DNA of 64,000 nt, taken from the NCBI GenBank assembly GCA_051294375.1, contig CM119265.1:23525449-23589448 (forward strand), given 5' to 3'. Within the stretch, counting starts at the first letter, position 1. Each line of letters starts with the position of its first letter. The notes beneath the pieces were generated by a model. The model did not search any database. It had not been told where the DNA came from and worked only from the letters and a program-made list of their open reading frames with translations. This DNA is from Paraspadella gotoi. Lineage: Eukaryota; Animalia; Chaetognatha. Shown here in pieces: positions 61,563 through 64,000 of this stretch. The translations under genes were made by a program, and so were the position numbers.

Positions 61563-63668
61563 ATTTTTAACGACTAATTTATTTTATTGGCATTAAAAAT
61601 ATATAATTTAATAAAAATCATTATGTTAATTAAAAGCAATTTTTTTTATAATTTGTTTATTTTATAAAAAATTTAACTTTTATACTATTAATTTTTTTAA
61701 AAATACTGCCAGAAGAGTAAAGCTATTCGCCTCAATTTTTTTCCTGATAACTTTTTAGAACTTTTCTTAAAAATATATTTTTTTAAAACATTTTACCAAA
61801 AATTGCTTAGTGATAAACTGCGGCGAAACACCTAGTACTTGCCTGTTCTAGTTATTTTAATAAACAAATTTGTTTGGTTTCGAAGGAAACTCCCTGTAGA
61901 GAATCCATTCTCTTAAAAGTTTTTTTCCCTTCGTTTAATCTGTCGTTTTTTGTTGTTTGGTTAGGTTTTCGGATAGTTTGTTATCGTAATCAATCGAGAG
62001 AGAGANNNNNNNNNNGAGAGAGAGTCTTTCATCTCTCGCATTGCGAGACTTCGGTTCCAATATGGCGAAACGAGGCCGGCGCTCCTTCGAGGTAAGTTCA
62101 AAGTAAGGGAAAGGAGTGAGGAGAATGCGCTTTTTCGGGGTCATCGCCCAAGCACCAACCTCATTAATTATGGTCCAAAGAAGAGAGGAAAGCAAAGGTG
62201 ATCAGGTTAACTGACCCACTCTCTCTCGTTGAGGTTTCTCATTCACCCTAATGGGAAGGCCGTCCAAGGGCCGTTAATCATTTTGAGGCTTGAAGAAAAT
62301 AAGAAAATGTTTTGGTTTGTTATATTATTTTTAAACTTTATTATTTTTTGGAAAATNNNNNNNNNNNNNNNNNNNNNNNNNAGAAGAGGAGGACAGTGAG
62401 GAAGAAAAGAAAGAAGAGGATTAAAAGGAGGAGGTGGAGGAAAGAAAAAAAGAGGGGAAGTGGACAGGAAGAAAAGAAGAAGAGGATTAAAAGGAGGAAG
62501 TGGAGGAATAAAAGAAGAAGAGGAGGAAGTGGAGTGAAGAATAAAAAGAAGACGGAAGAGAGAGAAGAGGAAAAGGTAAGGATAAAGGAAGCGAAGAGGT
62601 AAGGAAGACATCAGAAGAAAGAGATTAGAGGAAGCAGAGAAAGAAAGACGAAAGAGGAGTGGAGGGAGAAAAGAAAAAAGAGGATTAAAAGGAGGACCAA
62701 GCGTGGAAGGAAATTAAGAAAAAAAGAAGGTAGGACGAGCTGGGTAACAAAAAAAAACGCACAAGCAGGCCACTCGACGAAGGAGGAAAGGTTAATGAAA
62801 CGACAGGAAGAGGAGGAAGTAAAAGAAAGAAGAGGATAATAAGGAGGAAGTAAGGAAAAGAAGAGAAAGAGGAGATAGAGAATAAAAAGAGAAAGAGGAG
62901 GGAAAGAATGGAGGAAAGAAAAAAAGAGAGTAAAGAGGAGAAAAGAAAAGAAGGAGCGACTAGACCGAGGAGAAAAAAAAAGAGAAACAGCCGGCGTTTT
63001 CCCGGACTATGTCGGTGGTCTCTCTCTCCTCTCTCTCTCTCCCCTTCCCTTTCCCCTCCCTCTCTGTCTCTTTCTCTCTCTCGTCTCCTTCCTCTCTCTC
63101 TCTCTCTTGCTTCCTATGAAAATTGATCCCGCGACCAGATTTTTACCGTCGTTCATCATCACTTCGCCCAACACATTTTCTGCTTACTTTCTTTTCTTTT
63201 CTTTCTTCTTTCTTTCTTTTCTTTTTCTCTTTCTTTCTTTTCTTTTCTTCTTTTCTCTTTTTCTTCCTCTTTCTTTCTTCCTTTCCTTTATCTTTCTTTT
63301 TTTTCTTTCTATTCTTTTCTTTCTTGTATTCTGTTCTTTGCTTTCTTTTTCTTTTTTTTTTCTTTCTCTCCTTTCTTTTCTTCTCCTCTTCTCTTTCTTC
63401 TTTTTTTCTTCTTCTTGTTTCTCTTCTCTTTTCTTTCTTCTCTTCTTTTCTCTTCTTTCTTTCCTTTCTTTTCTTTTTTTTCTTTTTTTTTCTCTTCCTT
63501 TCCCTTCTTCTAGTTTCTTTTCTTTCTTTTTTCCTTTTCTTTTCTTTTCTCTTCTTTCTACTTCGGCTCAAAAGCAAATACACGCCGTCCATTTCACCTT
63601 ACCCGGCCGACGAAGGTAGGTGGATCTCGACGCGGAACTCACGGCCGACAGCCGACACTCCCTTGCGC

Positions 63669-64000
63669 CACTCGCATCTTAAGGTGGTGAGAAATGAAAA
63701 CGTGAAAAATTAGGCTAATGCTTGCGATGTTTATTTCTTAATTTAAAAAAAATCATTAATGCGGTTTTACAACGATCTCAAATTTTACAATTTTAAAGGA
63801 TTTGAATACATCAAAGCCAAAGGAAAAAGCCATGTACTAATTTCCAAAATAGAAATGAACAAAAACGACAAATCTTTAAAATTGAAAAATTGAGACTCGT
63901 TGTAAACCGATTAATGATTTTTTTTAAATTAAAAATAAACAATCGAAGCATTAGCCTAATTTTCCGTTTTTCATTCTCACCCCTTAAGATGCCGAAGTGC
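63669..64000. mobile_element. Foldback/MITE-like element with inverted arms of about 135 bp or more
   Basis: 63669-63804 (GCATCTTAAGG..TTAGGCTAATGCTT..AATTTAAAAAAAATCATTAAT..TTTACAACGA..) is reverse-complementary to about 63869-64000; spacer about 65 nt. Confidence 0.85.

Overview
Eukaryotic (animal) genomic DNA from a gapped, partly error-prone draft assembly; a collagen IX-like gene suggests an invertebrate chordate such as a tunicate (inference only). The first 23 kb carries three spliced minus-strand genes: a FACIT/COL9A1-like collagen running off the left edge, a 12-exon ATP11-type P4-ATPase flippase, and an 8-exon type II transmembrane trypsin-like protease. The protease has two trefoil domains and a Tyr/Pro-motif-rich cytoplasmic tail. 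Introns of the last two genes host eight intact antisense tRNA-Gln genes (4 CTG, 4 TTG) plus decayed copies, one with a TTA (ochre) anticodon. Further right lie an acidic/RS-rich tail-anchored protein gene (28-29.4 kb), a tRNA-derived SINE, a hairpin-core tandem array, MITE/foldback elements, a secreted X-Ala-repeat precursor (59.6-60 kb) and tRNA-Leu/Ala-derived fragments. Most of 34-58 kb is two large imperfect tandem duplications and low-complexity sequence that look like assembly or raw-read artefacts. No prokaryotic system or true CRISPR array is present.
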